From Mobula birostris (taxonomy: Eukaryota), in contig NC_092374.1 of the NCBI RefSeq assembly GCF_030028105.1, positions 195,109,345-195,173,344 on the forward strand: 64,000 bases of DNA, given 5' to 3'. The notes under the pieces are model-generated. The model had not been told where the DNA came from. It ran no database searches and saw only the letters and a program-made list of their open reading frames with translations. The stretch's first letter is position 1; the number at the start of each line of letters is the position of its first letter. Of this stretch, positions 24,901 to 35,987 are shown one piece after another. Both the position numbers and the translations under genes were made by a program.

Positions 24901-26215
24901 TCCCATTCCCCTTGCAAATTAGTTTAAAACCTCCCGATCCATGCCATGAACCTACCTGCAAGAATATTTGCTCCCCCTCGAGTTCAGGTGCAATCCATCC
25001 AATCTGTGCAGGTCCCACCTTCCCCAGAAGAGATCCCAATGATCCAATAATCTAAAACCCTACTCCCTGCACCAACTCCTCAGCCAAGCATTCAACTGCC
25101 ATCTCTTCCAATTCTTACCATCACTGTCACGTAGCACTGGTAGCAATCCTGAGAAGGCCACCCTTGAGGTCCTGTTCTTCAGCCTTCTGCCTAGTTCCCG
25201 AAACTCACACTTCAGGACCTCATCCCTCCTCCTGCCTATGTCGTTGGTGCCAACATGTATCACGACTTCTGGTTGCTTTCCCTCTCGTACCAGGATGTCG
25301 TGCACCCAGTCAGAGACATCCCGGACCCTGGCACCCGGGAGGCAACAAACCATGCGGGTGTCCTTCTCACGTCCACAAAATCTCCTGTCTGCTCCCCTGA
25401 CAATACAGTCTCCAATGACGACAGCTCTCCTCTTCTCCATCCTACCCTTCTGCACCACCAGGTCAGACTCAGTGCCAGAGGCCCTGCCACCGTAGCTCAC
25501 ACCTGGTCGGTCGTCCCCGCCAACAGTATCCAGGACGGTAAACTTATTATTCAGGGGAATGGCTACAGGGGTGCTCTGCACTACCTGTCTTCTCACCTTC
25601 GCTTTCCCCCCTCTGACTGTCACGCAACGACCTGCTTCCGACAGCCTAGGTGTGACTACCTTCCTGTAGCTCTCATCTATGACTGCCTCATTCTCCCTTA
25701 TGGGTTGAAGCTCATCCAGCTGCTGCTCCAGATTCCTTCCACGGTCTTCCAGATCGCCCCGCCGTATGCACTTCTGGCAGATGTGACTCTGCGGGAGAGG
25801 GGCATTCCCGCATGTCTGCCACATCTCATATGACAGGCACATCACCGTTTCAGGAGACATTGTAAAGACCAACTGCGAGCAAGCTTGTCCTCTGCCTCTT
25901 CTTGTCAAAGCTTCTCAAGTTAAAGCCTCAAAGCTCCACTCCTTCACTGGCCCACTCACTCACGGGCCGCTTCGCTTGAGCTATCGCTCTATTTATCTGT
26001 TTGAGCTTTTCAAAATGCTTGGTCACCTGACTTCGATTGCCCAATCAGCTGCTTTCTGCTGAGTCTGAGTTATTTAAATCTTGATTGTCTAATCAACGGC
26101 GTTCTGCTGATCTGTTCAAATCTTGATTGACTTGATTGCACAGACCAACTGTCAAAACTGACAGAGTCTCTCGAGTCAAAGCCTCAAAGCTCCACTCCTT
26201 CACTGGCCGCTTTCC
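21940..26215 (-). mobile_element. Near full-length CR1 LINE (5'UTR, ORF1 esterase-type, ORF2 APE+RT, tail), multiply frameshifted
   Basis: ORF1 25908-25060 has a Cys-rich/coiled N-terminus followed by SGNH-like VIGDCIVRG..LPGARV..IHVGTND. ORF2 pieces run from 25039 to 22008 ([35 protein letters not shown]). The tail is at about 21940. Confidence 0.92.
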
Positions 26216-26740
26216 ACCTATCACCTATGTCACCTGGTTTCACTTTGTAGGAGATGTTAGAATTCAAGCCCCAGCTGTCGAGGAAACTTCAACGAGTCAA
26301 ATGTAGTGTGGATTGTCCACTTCGCACGTACGCTGGCTTTCCGGAGATCGTACCTGGATCTCTTGTATCTTACTTGGCCTCCAGTGCCGAATGCCGCTGG
26401 TCTCGGCAGATTGCGGATTTCATGTTTCATCCAGGGCTTCTGGTTAGGGAAGACTCTGAAGGACTTTGAGGGGGCATCTCTTCTACAACCTAGGTATATT
26501 CATTCAGATCACAGATAACTCATGCAACACGGTGCAATCCTCCGACTCGAAGCAGATAACCATTTCATTGCCTCCCACGACCACTGGCAATGGCAAATTG
26601 CACTGCGGGAAACAAACAAAGGCAGAACGTACGCCAAATTTAGTAGGAATCTATGGAGTGTTGCAGAGCTGAGGGTACTTTGGAAATAAGTGGATAGAAT
26701 CCTGGAAATGGCAGCGTCAGTTGACAGTGTGGATTTTGGG

Positions 26741-26789
26741 ATGCTTGCCATCATTGCTGTGTCATTCTTTATAACAGTTGTGTCGTCAG
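26741..26789 (+). CDS. Candidate leader exon (MLAIIAVSFFITVVSS+G) of the NCR3-like gene
   Basis: 49-bp ATG-initiated hydrophobic ORF ending in a phase-1 donor CAG|GTTACA, in phase with the V exon 922 bp downstream. The donor is weak and the sequence lies in a CR1 remnant. Confidence 0.4.
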
Positions 26790-27711
26790 GTTACAGCTTC
26801 TTGAAACATTGTCAGCGGTTTTAGTCCCCACATTATAGGAAGAATACGATTAAATTAGGAGAGAAAGAATGGTATATGGCGACAATGTTTACTACATGGA
26901 TGGTTTGTCTGAGTTAAGTCGTCATTTACCGATGTGCACGTCTACCGTCAAACGAGACAACATCTCTCCGAACCAGGGTTTAAAGCACTGCAGTATACAT
27001 ATCACACATACATATAATATCTTATGAAAGCACAGATGGCATCTGCAGATGGACTACACATAAATAAACAAACTAAAGTGCATAAATTAAATACTGTAAG
27101 GTACAGAGCAGATTAACCAGTGACATTTTGAATGCGATGCGGCAGAGAGTTCAGAAGCCTAATGGCCCGAGGGAAGAAAATGTTTCCGATGCTGACCGGT
27201 CTTTTATTATGCATCGGATTTTCCTGCCTAATTGTAGAAAGTCAAAGAGGATGCTGGATGGATAATAAGGAGCGCTGCGAACGCAGGCACCTAACACTAC
27301 GGGCCCTGTGTACGCAGCGCTCCTGATGCATTTCCTCTTTGGATGGTAGGGAGACCCCGATGATCCCCTCAGCCGTTCCCACAGTCCTTTACGGAGATTT
27401 CTGGTCCGATGCTCAGTTGGTTCCTTACGAGATGGAGATGCAGCTAGTCAGTAAGAGAAACGATTTGGGAAGTTTTCAGTATCTGAGGGGATCTTTTTCA
27501 GAGAGAGGACGGTTAGAAAATGGAGAGTACTGCCTGAAGAGTTGGTGGAGACAGGTACTTTAAGAAGCATCGAATACTTTAATCACCACAGCATAGAAGC
27601 CTTTGGACCAAAAGTGGGTAAATGAGATCAGCGTAGCTATGCGCAACTGGTGGTTTTGACATAGTGGGCCGAAAGGAAGATACGAGACAATGAGATTATT
27701 TCTGGTTACAG

Positions 27712-28053
27712 GATCTACAAGAACTAACGGAGTAATCAAACAATCGCCAGAGCAAATCACGGTTACTGAAGGGGGCACGGCGCAGCTGAATTGTAGTTAT
27801 ATCAGTAAAATAAACGATACAAGGAAGGTGATCGGAGCCATTACCTGGTACAAGGACGAGGAAAACCGTACCGTTTGCAACTGGTGCAGCGGGTTTCATG
27901 GTCGCGTAAGGACCAACAGTTCGATGGGCATTTTAAGCCAATCTGTACAAATTGTCGACGTCAGAAAGAACGATACAGGGAAGTATTACTGCAGAGCACA
28001 TCTTCTCGGGAGGGGAGTTTATCTTGGAAAAGGGACACAAGTTACAGTCATAC
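27712..28053 (+). CDS. NCR3-like: Ig V-set exon with germline-joined J-like segment; NKp30/NCR3-like receptor ectodomain
   Basis: Acceptor TTACAG| and donor |GTAAGT, phase 1-1, 342 bp. Canonical V residues: AQLNC, ITWYK, FHGRV, DTGKYYC and J motif GKGTQVTV. VIGAITWYKD, FHGRV and YYCRAHLLGRG parallel human NKp30 AIGSVTWFRD, FRGRL and YVCRVEVLGLG (recalled from memory). Confidence 0.88.
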
Positions 28054-30948
28054 GTAAGTTAGTCTTATATTGCATTTATCTTCGACGTTCTATGCGTATT
28101 TCTCAACTTCTGCAATAAAGTGTACCTCAGTGCAAATTTAGACAGAGAAATTCTGAATATCATTGACATAGTGATGGTGAATTACATGTTGATAAAATAG
28201 TGAAAGGTAGATTAACATTGCAATCGACATAATCAGGTTAATTCCCAGAATCAGTCACACACCACCAGAAAGAAATCAAATAAACAAACAGAAGAAAATG
28301 CTGGGATTGCCCAGCATTATCTAGGAAACGGGCAGAAGTCTGCATTATCTTCGCTTCACGTTCAGTGTTGTACTACCCTCAACAACATCCGCAAAGGAAA
28401 AAAAATCGTATTTAAGCGTCAGAGCTTTGGAATATATGACTATAAGACCATAAGATGTAGGAACAGTATTAGGCCATCTGGCAATCAATGCCTTTTATAA
28501 ATCTGTATCAGATCTCGCCTTAGCCTTCATCGCTCCAGAGAACACAGCACAGATTTTCCAGCCTCTCGTTATTCCAGATATCCTAGTCTAAGTCAAGCAA
28601 TATCCATATTTAGTTGAAAATAGCGTCGCAGATAGGGTAATCAGGGTGAATAGGGTAAATGCAAGCATGGTGAAAGGTGAAATATTTAAGGGGAATATGA
28701 GGGGAAACATGAGGACCAAGAAAGTGTAGAACGAGTTACTAGCACAAGTGGTGCATATAAGCTCGATTCCAACGTTTAAGTGAAGTTCGGATGGTGGGGT
28801 TCTGGAGAGCAATGGACCGGCGGAGCTTGATGGGAGTAGGCCTATTAAATATGTCGACACGGGCGGAATGGCCTGTTTCTGTGCTGTACTTTTTTATGAC
28901 TTCATACCGGAATTCCGGGATATCTCTCCTACACCATTTCCAAAGCCTCAACGTCCTTACTATAATCGGGCAAACAGACCTGTCTGGGATATTCCAGATG
29001 CGGCCTAACTAGAGTTTTGTGAAGTTACAACACAGCTTACTGACTTTTGAGCTCAATGCCCCGACTTGTAAAGACAATGCCTTCTCAACTGCTGTTTGGA
29101 AAGCATTTGAAAGCAACTGATCAAAATCACAAACGTGAGACAATGAATTGGTGGCGAAGATGCTGACTAAAGAGGAAGGGCGCCAGGGAATCATAAAACC
29201 ATTATGATAATTGTTACTTGTGGGCTAGATTTCCAAGGCGATTAAAGTAGATTCAGTGGGTTGAATTTCACCCCGGTAGTTGAACAATTTACTTTCGGAC
29301 AGTTTAATATGAAGGAAATAAATTGCTACATGGTGTAAAATTTAAGACTTTCATGTCAGGTTAACTTTGCTTTATGCAACACACATCAAAGTTGCTGGTG
29401 AACGCAGCAGGCCAGGCAGCATCTCTAGGAAGAGGTACAGTCGACGTTTCGTGCCGAGACTCTTCGTCAGGACTAACTGATGGAAGGGCTAGTAAGAGAT
29501 TTATTTGCTTTATTGTTGTTTTCAACCCTGCTGCGCGAAAAACAGACTTAAACTGTAAGTCAATAAGGCATAGTAAGAGAATTAATGCTTCACCATTGCA
29601 TCGTAGCTAATTGATTATCCCTCTCAAACCCATTATACTGCGGAAGGACAAACCCTATATATGATCCGGAACGAATAGCTGCTGCCCAAATGGAACAAAA
29701 TTGTAAATTAAACGTTACAATAAAGCGTTACATCCACCCCGTGCGCAAGTGTATATCAATATCTCAATAGGTCCAATTCGATAAGGTGGTGATTTGGGAA
29801 CGGTATACTTTAACAAAAACAAACTGCTGGAGGAAGTTACAGGGATAGGCAGCATTTGTGTAGACATAGTGGATGGTGTGGGTTGAGGCCGTGTATTAGG
29901 ACTCTAAACGGTTCTATATTTGGTATAGATGCATCCTACCACAATTCATGGCACTCTCCACCAGCCATAACTCCTTTCTGTGAAAGACAGATCGCCTACA
30001 AATTCAATCAACCAATTTAACAGAATTCAGGGATGCAGCTGCCGATTGACCGTTCGCTGAGAAATCTGTAGATCAGGAATATTATTAACGGTTAATCCTC
30101 ACAGAGCAGAAAGAGACAGATAAATCGAAAAATGAAAGATAGTTTGATAAAAGATGGGCAAATCAATGGCGGAATGTGGATGTCTCACGATATTAGATGG
30201 CACGTGACCACATGACGATATAACCAAATCAGCGAAGGCCTTCATGACGATTGTCTTTATTTCACTGCGTACAAGTTGCCTCCATTGTATTGAACACTTG
30301 AATGGTAAATTGACTGAAAACTTTAAAAAGTAAACATTCAGTCGCCATGCTTAATCGTCCACTTATTCAGTTAAATATCAAAAGGACTCGATATTCACGA
30401 ATAAAATTATAATACAATTGTAGAAGTCAAATCGTATCAAACTGGAGAAATAACTTATTCCACTTTGCATGGGATTAGCAAATTGTAAAGGAAAACAAGG
30501 CAAAATGATACTTTTACACAGAGAACGAAAACATTTGATGCAAGTCTAAGCCTTTTAAAAGAGCAATCAATTTCCATACCAATTTCTCTCTGTAACCTAC
30601 TTTCTTCACACTTCCACCAACTCCACTACAGAGAAAGAGTGATTTATAGATGTCATTTGTCAAGGTCAGGGTGGAAAATGAAGCACCCGGAGCAAACCCA
30701 GGCAGTAACAAAAAGAACGTGCGAACTCCGCACTGACGTCACCAAAACGAGGATTGAACACCCGGTGCTGGAACTGTGATACAGCATCACCTCTAGCTGC
30801 ACTGCTAGGCCTCCATAATAGTTAGCGATGATAGTACCTGTCTATTTAAACCGAAACAAGCAACATTTCCATGCACAAACCCGAGATGAAATCGATAGGA
30901 CTTGGACGTGATTTGTTGGTGAATGTGATTTATTTTGATTCTCAACAG

Positions 30949-31136
30949 CTCTTAACCCAAGGAGCTTGCGTTGGCAGCTGACTGAAATAGGACTGAAACT
31001 TGCAGTGTTTGCTTTGATCAACATTGTAACAGTTTTCGGCATCTGCACCTGGGGGACATCTAGAGCTCTCATAGCAACAAATCTAGCCAACAGGCAAGTA
31101 TTCATGGAAACACAGTTTAAAAAATTACCGACATGA
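30949..31136 (+). CDS. NCR3-like: Stalk/TM/cytoplasmic terminal exon of the NCR3-like receptor, with a Lys in the TM
   Basis: Acceptor TTTTGATTCTCAACAG|, phase 1. Reads PLNPRSLRWQLTEIGLKLAVFALINIVTVFGICTWGTSRALIATNLANRQVFMETQFKKLPT*. TGA at 31134-31136, Lys codon at 30996-30998. This exon is not in the ORF track. Confidence 0.8.
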
Positions 31137-31229
31137 ATAGAAGTCTGCATTTGGCGAAGGATTTAAAAGTAATAGTTGTGCACAACGTTTAATAGTTCAA
31201 TACAGATGTCTATTCCGGTCAATTAATAC

Positions 31230-31235
31230 AATAAA
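31230..31235 (+). terminator. Candidate polyadenylation signal of the NCR3-like gene
   Basis: AATAAA about 95 nt after the stop codon. Confidence 0.45.
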
Positions 31236-32442
31236 ACCAAAAGACATAGCAGTGCAATTAGGCCAATCGGCCTATGGAGTCTGCGCCGCCATTCGATCAT
31301 GGCTGATTTATTGTCCCTCTCAACACCATTCTCCTGTCTTCTCCCCGTAACCTTTGACGCTGTTACTAATCAAGATCCTATCAACCTCTGTTTTAAATAA
31401 ACTCAATGAATGGGCCGCCACCACTGTCTGTGCCAATAAGCTCCAGACATTCACGGGTTCTAGCTAAAGATGGTAAGATCTACTCTGCTCCGCAGTTTCG
31501 TGTGTCACAAACAATTCTCGAGAAACATATCTTAGGGGTGCTTTGCAGTTAATGGTGTTTATGTCTTGGTAATAATTATTTAAGACATTTTACTGAAAAT
31601 TGAACAGATAATAAATTTGAAAATCCTGCTTTGCCTGTCTGATCCATTATGGCTATTGGTAGTTGTTCAGCCAAGATACTCAAATCAAACTCTTCCTTTT
31701 CTTGTGGAAGCAATGTTTCGACGGAGGGTGACAAACAAAAACCGTGACAGATAATCGGAAAACGAACAGAAAAAGCCATTGATTAGCCTTACCCCTAAAA
31801 CTCTAATTGAATCTACACATTTCGCACGAATGAGTAGTAGCACTAAAATTTAAATGGGCATTCAAAATATAAACGTATTGAGAATGTCTGCTTACTTAAC
31901 AAATCTCGCTTTAAAGAGAAATATTCTCGTAAGTTCCAATCTAATGTAATCTCTGATCATATTATAGTTATTTTCACGATCAAATGATGCTTATGAAAGT
32001 GGTAACCGATCAATTATGATGGAATAAGTACGAAGGGCCAGATGACCTATTGATACGTTAATATCTTATGCTCTTGGGGTTTTCAGGAGGATTGAGGGAA
32101 ATATTCAACTTGTTTAGATATTAATATTCACAGAAATGAGAAGATGGAGTTCACTATGCATTACCTTGCTCCATCTGGAATTACAAAAGCATGGAAATTT
32201 AGCACGTCTTTTAGATCAGCTATTTTGAATAAAAATGACACAGATGCTGGAAATGAAATAATAAAGAAAAATAAATGCTGACTACATTCAATAGGGCAGG
32301 CAGCGCCAGTGCTGAGAACACAGGATTATATTAGGTAGCGAGGGAAATGCTTTGATTGTATTTAAACCTGAATCGGGAATGTTGGAAACGTCTGGTTTTC
32401 TGGCTTAAATTGTCCTGTTATGAAATCAAATGTCATCATTGC

Positions 32443-35400
32443 TCAATTTTCATGAAAAAAGCATATAGGCATTCTGTAAGTGTGGCGGAGAATAACAAAA
32501 TTGCAGAAATAAAATGCAACTTCATTCTGAAAAATAGAATATTACTCACATTTGTAATAGGATAAGAGACTAAAACTTAAGGCAACATCCGAAATTCATT
32601 AATACATTATCTGATAGATTATTTTTCATTCATTGTCGCTATGTTCAATCACGAGCCATACCTGCCTATCTTTATTCCTTATGTGGAGTTCTGATTCCAG
32701 CTCATAGAGTCTAATAAAACAGTCGGTGCAGGTTAATGTAATTTCACTCGTTATAAAAATGCTGGCCGGAAAGGTGATATTGGGATGAATATTACAATCC
32801 AGTCTGAATACTGAGAGGTTACTCCTTTGCAAGTTCCCATTAACTGCTTCATAAATAGAATGGTGGTATTTGATTTTACTATCCTTTCTGTCAGCGAATT
32901 CTTTATCAGCACACCCGCCCAACACCCCGACTATTTGGCTTAATAATATTAGCAACTTCACTGTACTTTTCGTGCCCATGACGCTATTCAATTCTGGCAG
33001 GGACTTATTCAGTTGCTTAGGAAATGCAGGCTTCCAGTCTATCTTTTTTGGCCATCTCATAATTGCATACATACAGTGGCATGCAAAAGTTTGGGCACCC
33101 CTGGTCAAAATTTCTGCTACTGCGAATAACTAAGCGAGTAAAAGATGACCTGATTTCCAAAAGAGATAAAGTTAAAGATGACACATTTCTTTAATATTTT
33201 AATCAAGGCTAATTTTTTTATTTCTATCTTTTACAGTTTCAAAATAACAAGAAAGGAAAAGGGTCCGAAGTAAAATTTGGGCAACCTGCAAGATCTGTAC
33301 TTAGTAACACCCCCTTTGGCAAGTATCACAGCTTGTAAACACTTTCTGTAGCCAGCTAAGAGACTTTCAATTCTTATTTTGGGGACTTTCGCCCAATCTT
33401 CCTTGCAAAAAGCTTCTAGTTTTGTAAGATTCTTCAGCCGTCTTGCATGCACTGCTCTTTTGAGGTCTATCCACAGATTCTCGATTATGTTTAGGTCGGG
33501 GGACTGTAAGGGCCATGGCCAAACCTTCAGCATTCGCCTCTTGGGGTAGTCCATTATGGATTTCGAGGTGTGTTTAGGATCATTATCTTGCTGTAGAAAC
33601 CAACCCCTTTTCATTTTTTTTTACAGATGGTGTGATATTTGCTTCCAGAATTTGCTGGTATTTAATTGAATTCATTCTTCCCTCTACCAGTGAAATGTTA
33701 CCCGTGCCACTGGCTGCAACACAAGCCCAAAGCATGATAAATCCACCCCTGTGTTTAACAGTTGGAGAGGTGTTCTTTTCATGAAACTATGCACCTTTTA
33801 TCTCCAAACATACCTCTGCTCATTGCGGCCAAAAAGTTCTATTTCAACTTCATTAGTCCACAGGACTTGTCTCCAAAATGCATCAGGCATGTTTAGATGT
33901 TCCTTTGCAAACTTCTGACGCTGAATTTTGTGGTAAGGACGCAGGAAAGGTTTTCTTCTGATAACTCTTCCATGAAGGTCATATTTGTGCAGGTGTCGCT
34001 GCACAGTAGAACAGTGCACCACCATTCCAGAGTCTGCTAAATCTTCCTGAAGGTCTTTTGCAGTCAAACGGGGGTTTTAATTTAACTTTCTAGCAATCCT
34101 ACGAGCAGTTCTCTCAGAAAGTTTTTTTGGTCTTCCAGACCTCAACTTGACTTCCACCGTTCCTGTTAACTGCCATTTCTTAATTACATTACGAATTGAG
34201 GAAACGGCTACCTGAAAACGCTTTGCTATCTTCTTATAGCCTTCTCCTGCTTTGTGGGCATCATTTATTTTAATTTTCAGAGTTCTAGGCAGCTGTTTAG
34301 AGGAGCCCATGGCTGCTGATTTTTGGGACAAGGTTAGAGGAGTCAGGGTATTTATAAAGCTTTGAAATTTGCATCACCTGTGCTTTCCTAACGATTGATG
34401 TGAACAAGCCATAGCCCTAACAAGCTAATTAAGGTCTGAGACCTTGGTAAAAGTTATCTGAGAGCTCAAATCTCTTGGGGCGCCCAAACCTTTGCATGGT
34501 GCACCTTTCCTTTTTTCACTCTAAAATTGTACAAAACAAAAATAATACACTAATCTTGCTTAAAATGTTGAAAAGAATGTTTCATCTTTTACTTTTTGAC
34601 TTTTGGAGATCAGCTCGTCTTCTACTCACTTAACTATTCACAGTAACAGAAAATTTGACCAGGGGCCCAAACTTTTGCATACCACTGTATCAGTTAAATT
34701 TCTCAGCTGTACCTAAAATGAAAACATACGTGGGCCAACTAAAAGTTTTCCTCATAATTATCACGTGACAGCGTTGGCACCATACTTGGTAGGCAGCAAA
34801 TATGGAATGGAATAAAGTGTCAACGTTTTGAGCCAAGAGACCTTTGATTAGGACTGGAAGGAAGAGGGAAGCATCAGAATAATAAGATATGTAAGGGGGA
34901 CATGTACAAGCTAGAAGTTGATAGGTGAAGCCAGGTGAGAGGGATGGTAAGTCGGTGGGTAGAGTGGGGGCGTGAAGTAAGAGGTGGAAGGTGAAAGGTG
35001 GAAGCGGTGAAGTCCGAAGGAGCCGGAATCTGTCAGAGGAGGTTGGTGGACCATGGAAGAATGGGAATAAGGAGGTGCACCAGCGGGTGACGGAGTATGG
35101 TAGGGCAGTTGAGTGAGCGATGGAAGGATGGCAATGAAAAGGGGCACAAGAGGGAGATGCTAGGCAGGCGATAAATTATAATTGTAATTAATTTTGTTCC
35201 ATGCTGCTTTCATTTGTTGCTGAATTAATTTATGTATTTTATTTACTCAGCTAATAATACGGAAACTTACCTGCGTGTTTGAATAAACACATCCAACAAT
35301 TGGAAACCAAGAAGAACAAATACTTTGCTGAAGCTGTATTAGCAAGACATCAATATGTAGTCTCATATGCTTACAAAATTGATTCCTTATGCCTGTTGAT

Positions 35401-35987
35401 GATAGAGCAATTCGTTAAATGGTGAAATAATACAAAATCAACACCGTGCTCAGAGTTTGCTGATTCCTGGTGACATCAGATTGTAGTTATATTATCTAAG
35501 TTTCAGTAGCCTTGAAAGTGACTTTGGATGAAATGGTTATTATTACTTTCGTCTCAGGCTGTTTCCACATACGGCTGAAAGGCTTAAACTGATAAATAAA
35601 AGCATAACAAGCTGGAAACACCTCACAGAATCAATGTTCTGAGAAAAGGTCAATCTTTGGTCTCCGGAAAGGTTCAAAGCATCTCCCACTTAAACAGTTT
35701 CTAGTTTATATATATATACACACACAGACACACACACACGCACACACACACATATATATATACAGTCTAACTCAAATGTGAACTCGCCATCCACTGATGC
35801 TGCCTGACCTGCTGGGTCTTTGGAGCATTTATGATTTTCTACATCTCTCCAACTGAAACATGGGCCTCTGAAAGCAGCTCACCAGAGTCATCCGTTCTGA
35901 CAATTCTTTCAAATTGTCCCCAGGTTTAGTCCGTCTTCGAAGATCCTTCCTCTCCTGGGATGAGGTCTTTGGAGTTTCTGTTGGCAT
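32443..35987 (-). pseudogene. Hypothetical 4-exon gene model (35987-35883, 35333-35271, 34712-32662 minus Tc1, 32526-32443), disrupted by Tc1; product unassigned
   Basis: All introns are GT-AG and phase 0. Removing the Tc1 and one TA gives a 435-bp open exon, and the model totals about 228 aa. I recognise no family, and chance assembly cannot be excluded. Confidence 0.35.
33074..34687 (-). mobile_element. Tc1/mariner DNA transposon (IR/DR type, 1614 bp), defective DD34E transposase
   Basis: TA TSDs at 33072-33073 and 34688-34689. TIRs begin CAGTGG(C/T)ATGCAAAAGTTTGGGC with about 200 bp of imperfect IRs. Transposase in three pieces: HTH plus GRPKK, WTNE (first D mutated to N), QQDNDPKH followed by 34 aa then E. 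Confidence 0.95.

Noticed and set aside
27690-28118. Rearranging TCR/Ig V segment, or the full 142-aa ORF as a single-exon gene
   Set aside because: V and J-like parts are fused with no RSS (no CACAGTG heptamer after the YYC region). The ORF's first 7 and last 21 codons lie outside the phase-1 splice sites and are intronic.
30842-31150. Minus-strand 102-aa ORF
   Set aside because: Antisense shadow of the real + strand TM exon.
31576-31779. Minus-strand 67-aa ORF as a terminal exon of the hypothetical gene
   Set aside because: Its plausible acceptor is phase 1 and the model needs phase 0. No supporting intermediate exon was found with confidence.
32439-32525. Signal-peptide-like MKLHFISAILLFSATLTECLYA on the minus strand
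   Set aside because: Terminates after 29 codons with no usable donor. Probably a by-product of T-rich sequence.
32870-33133. Plus-strand 87-aa ORF as another exon of the NCR3-like gene
   Set aside because: It lies after the stop and poly(A) signal, has no recognisable domain and runs into the Tc1 TIR. It is antisense to the longer minus-strand frame.
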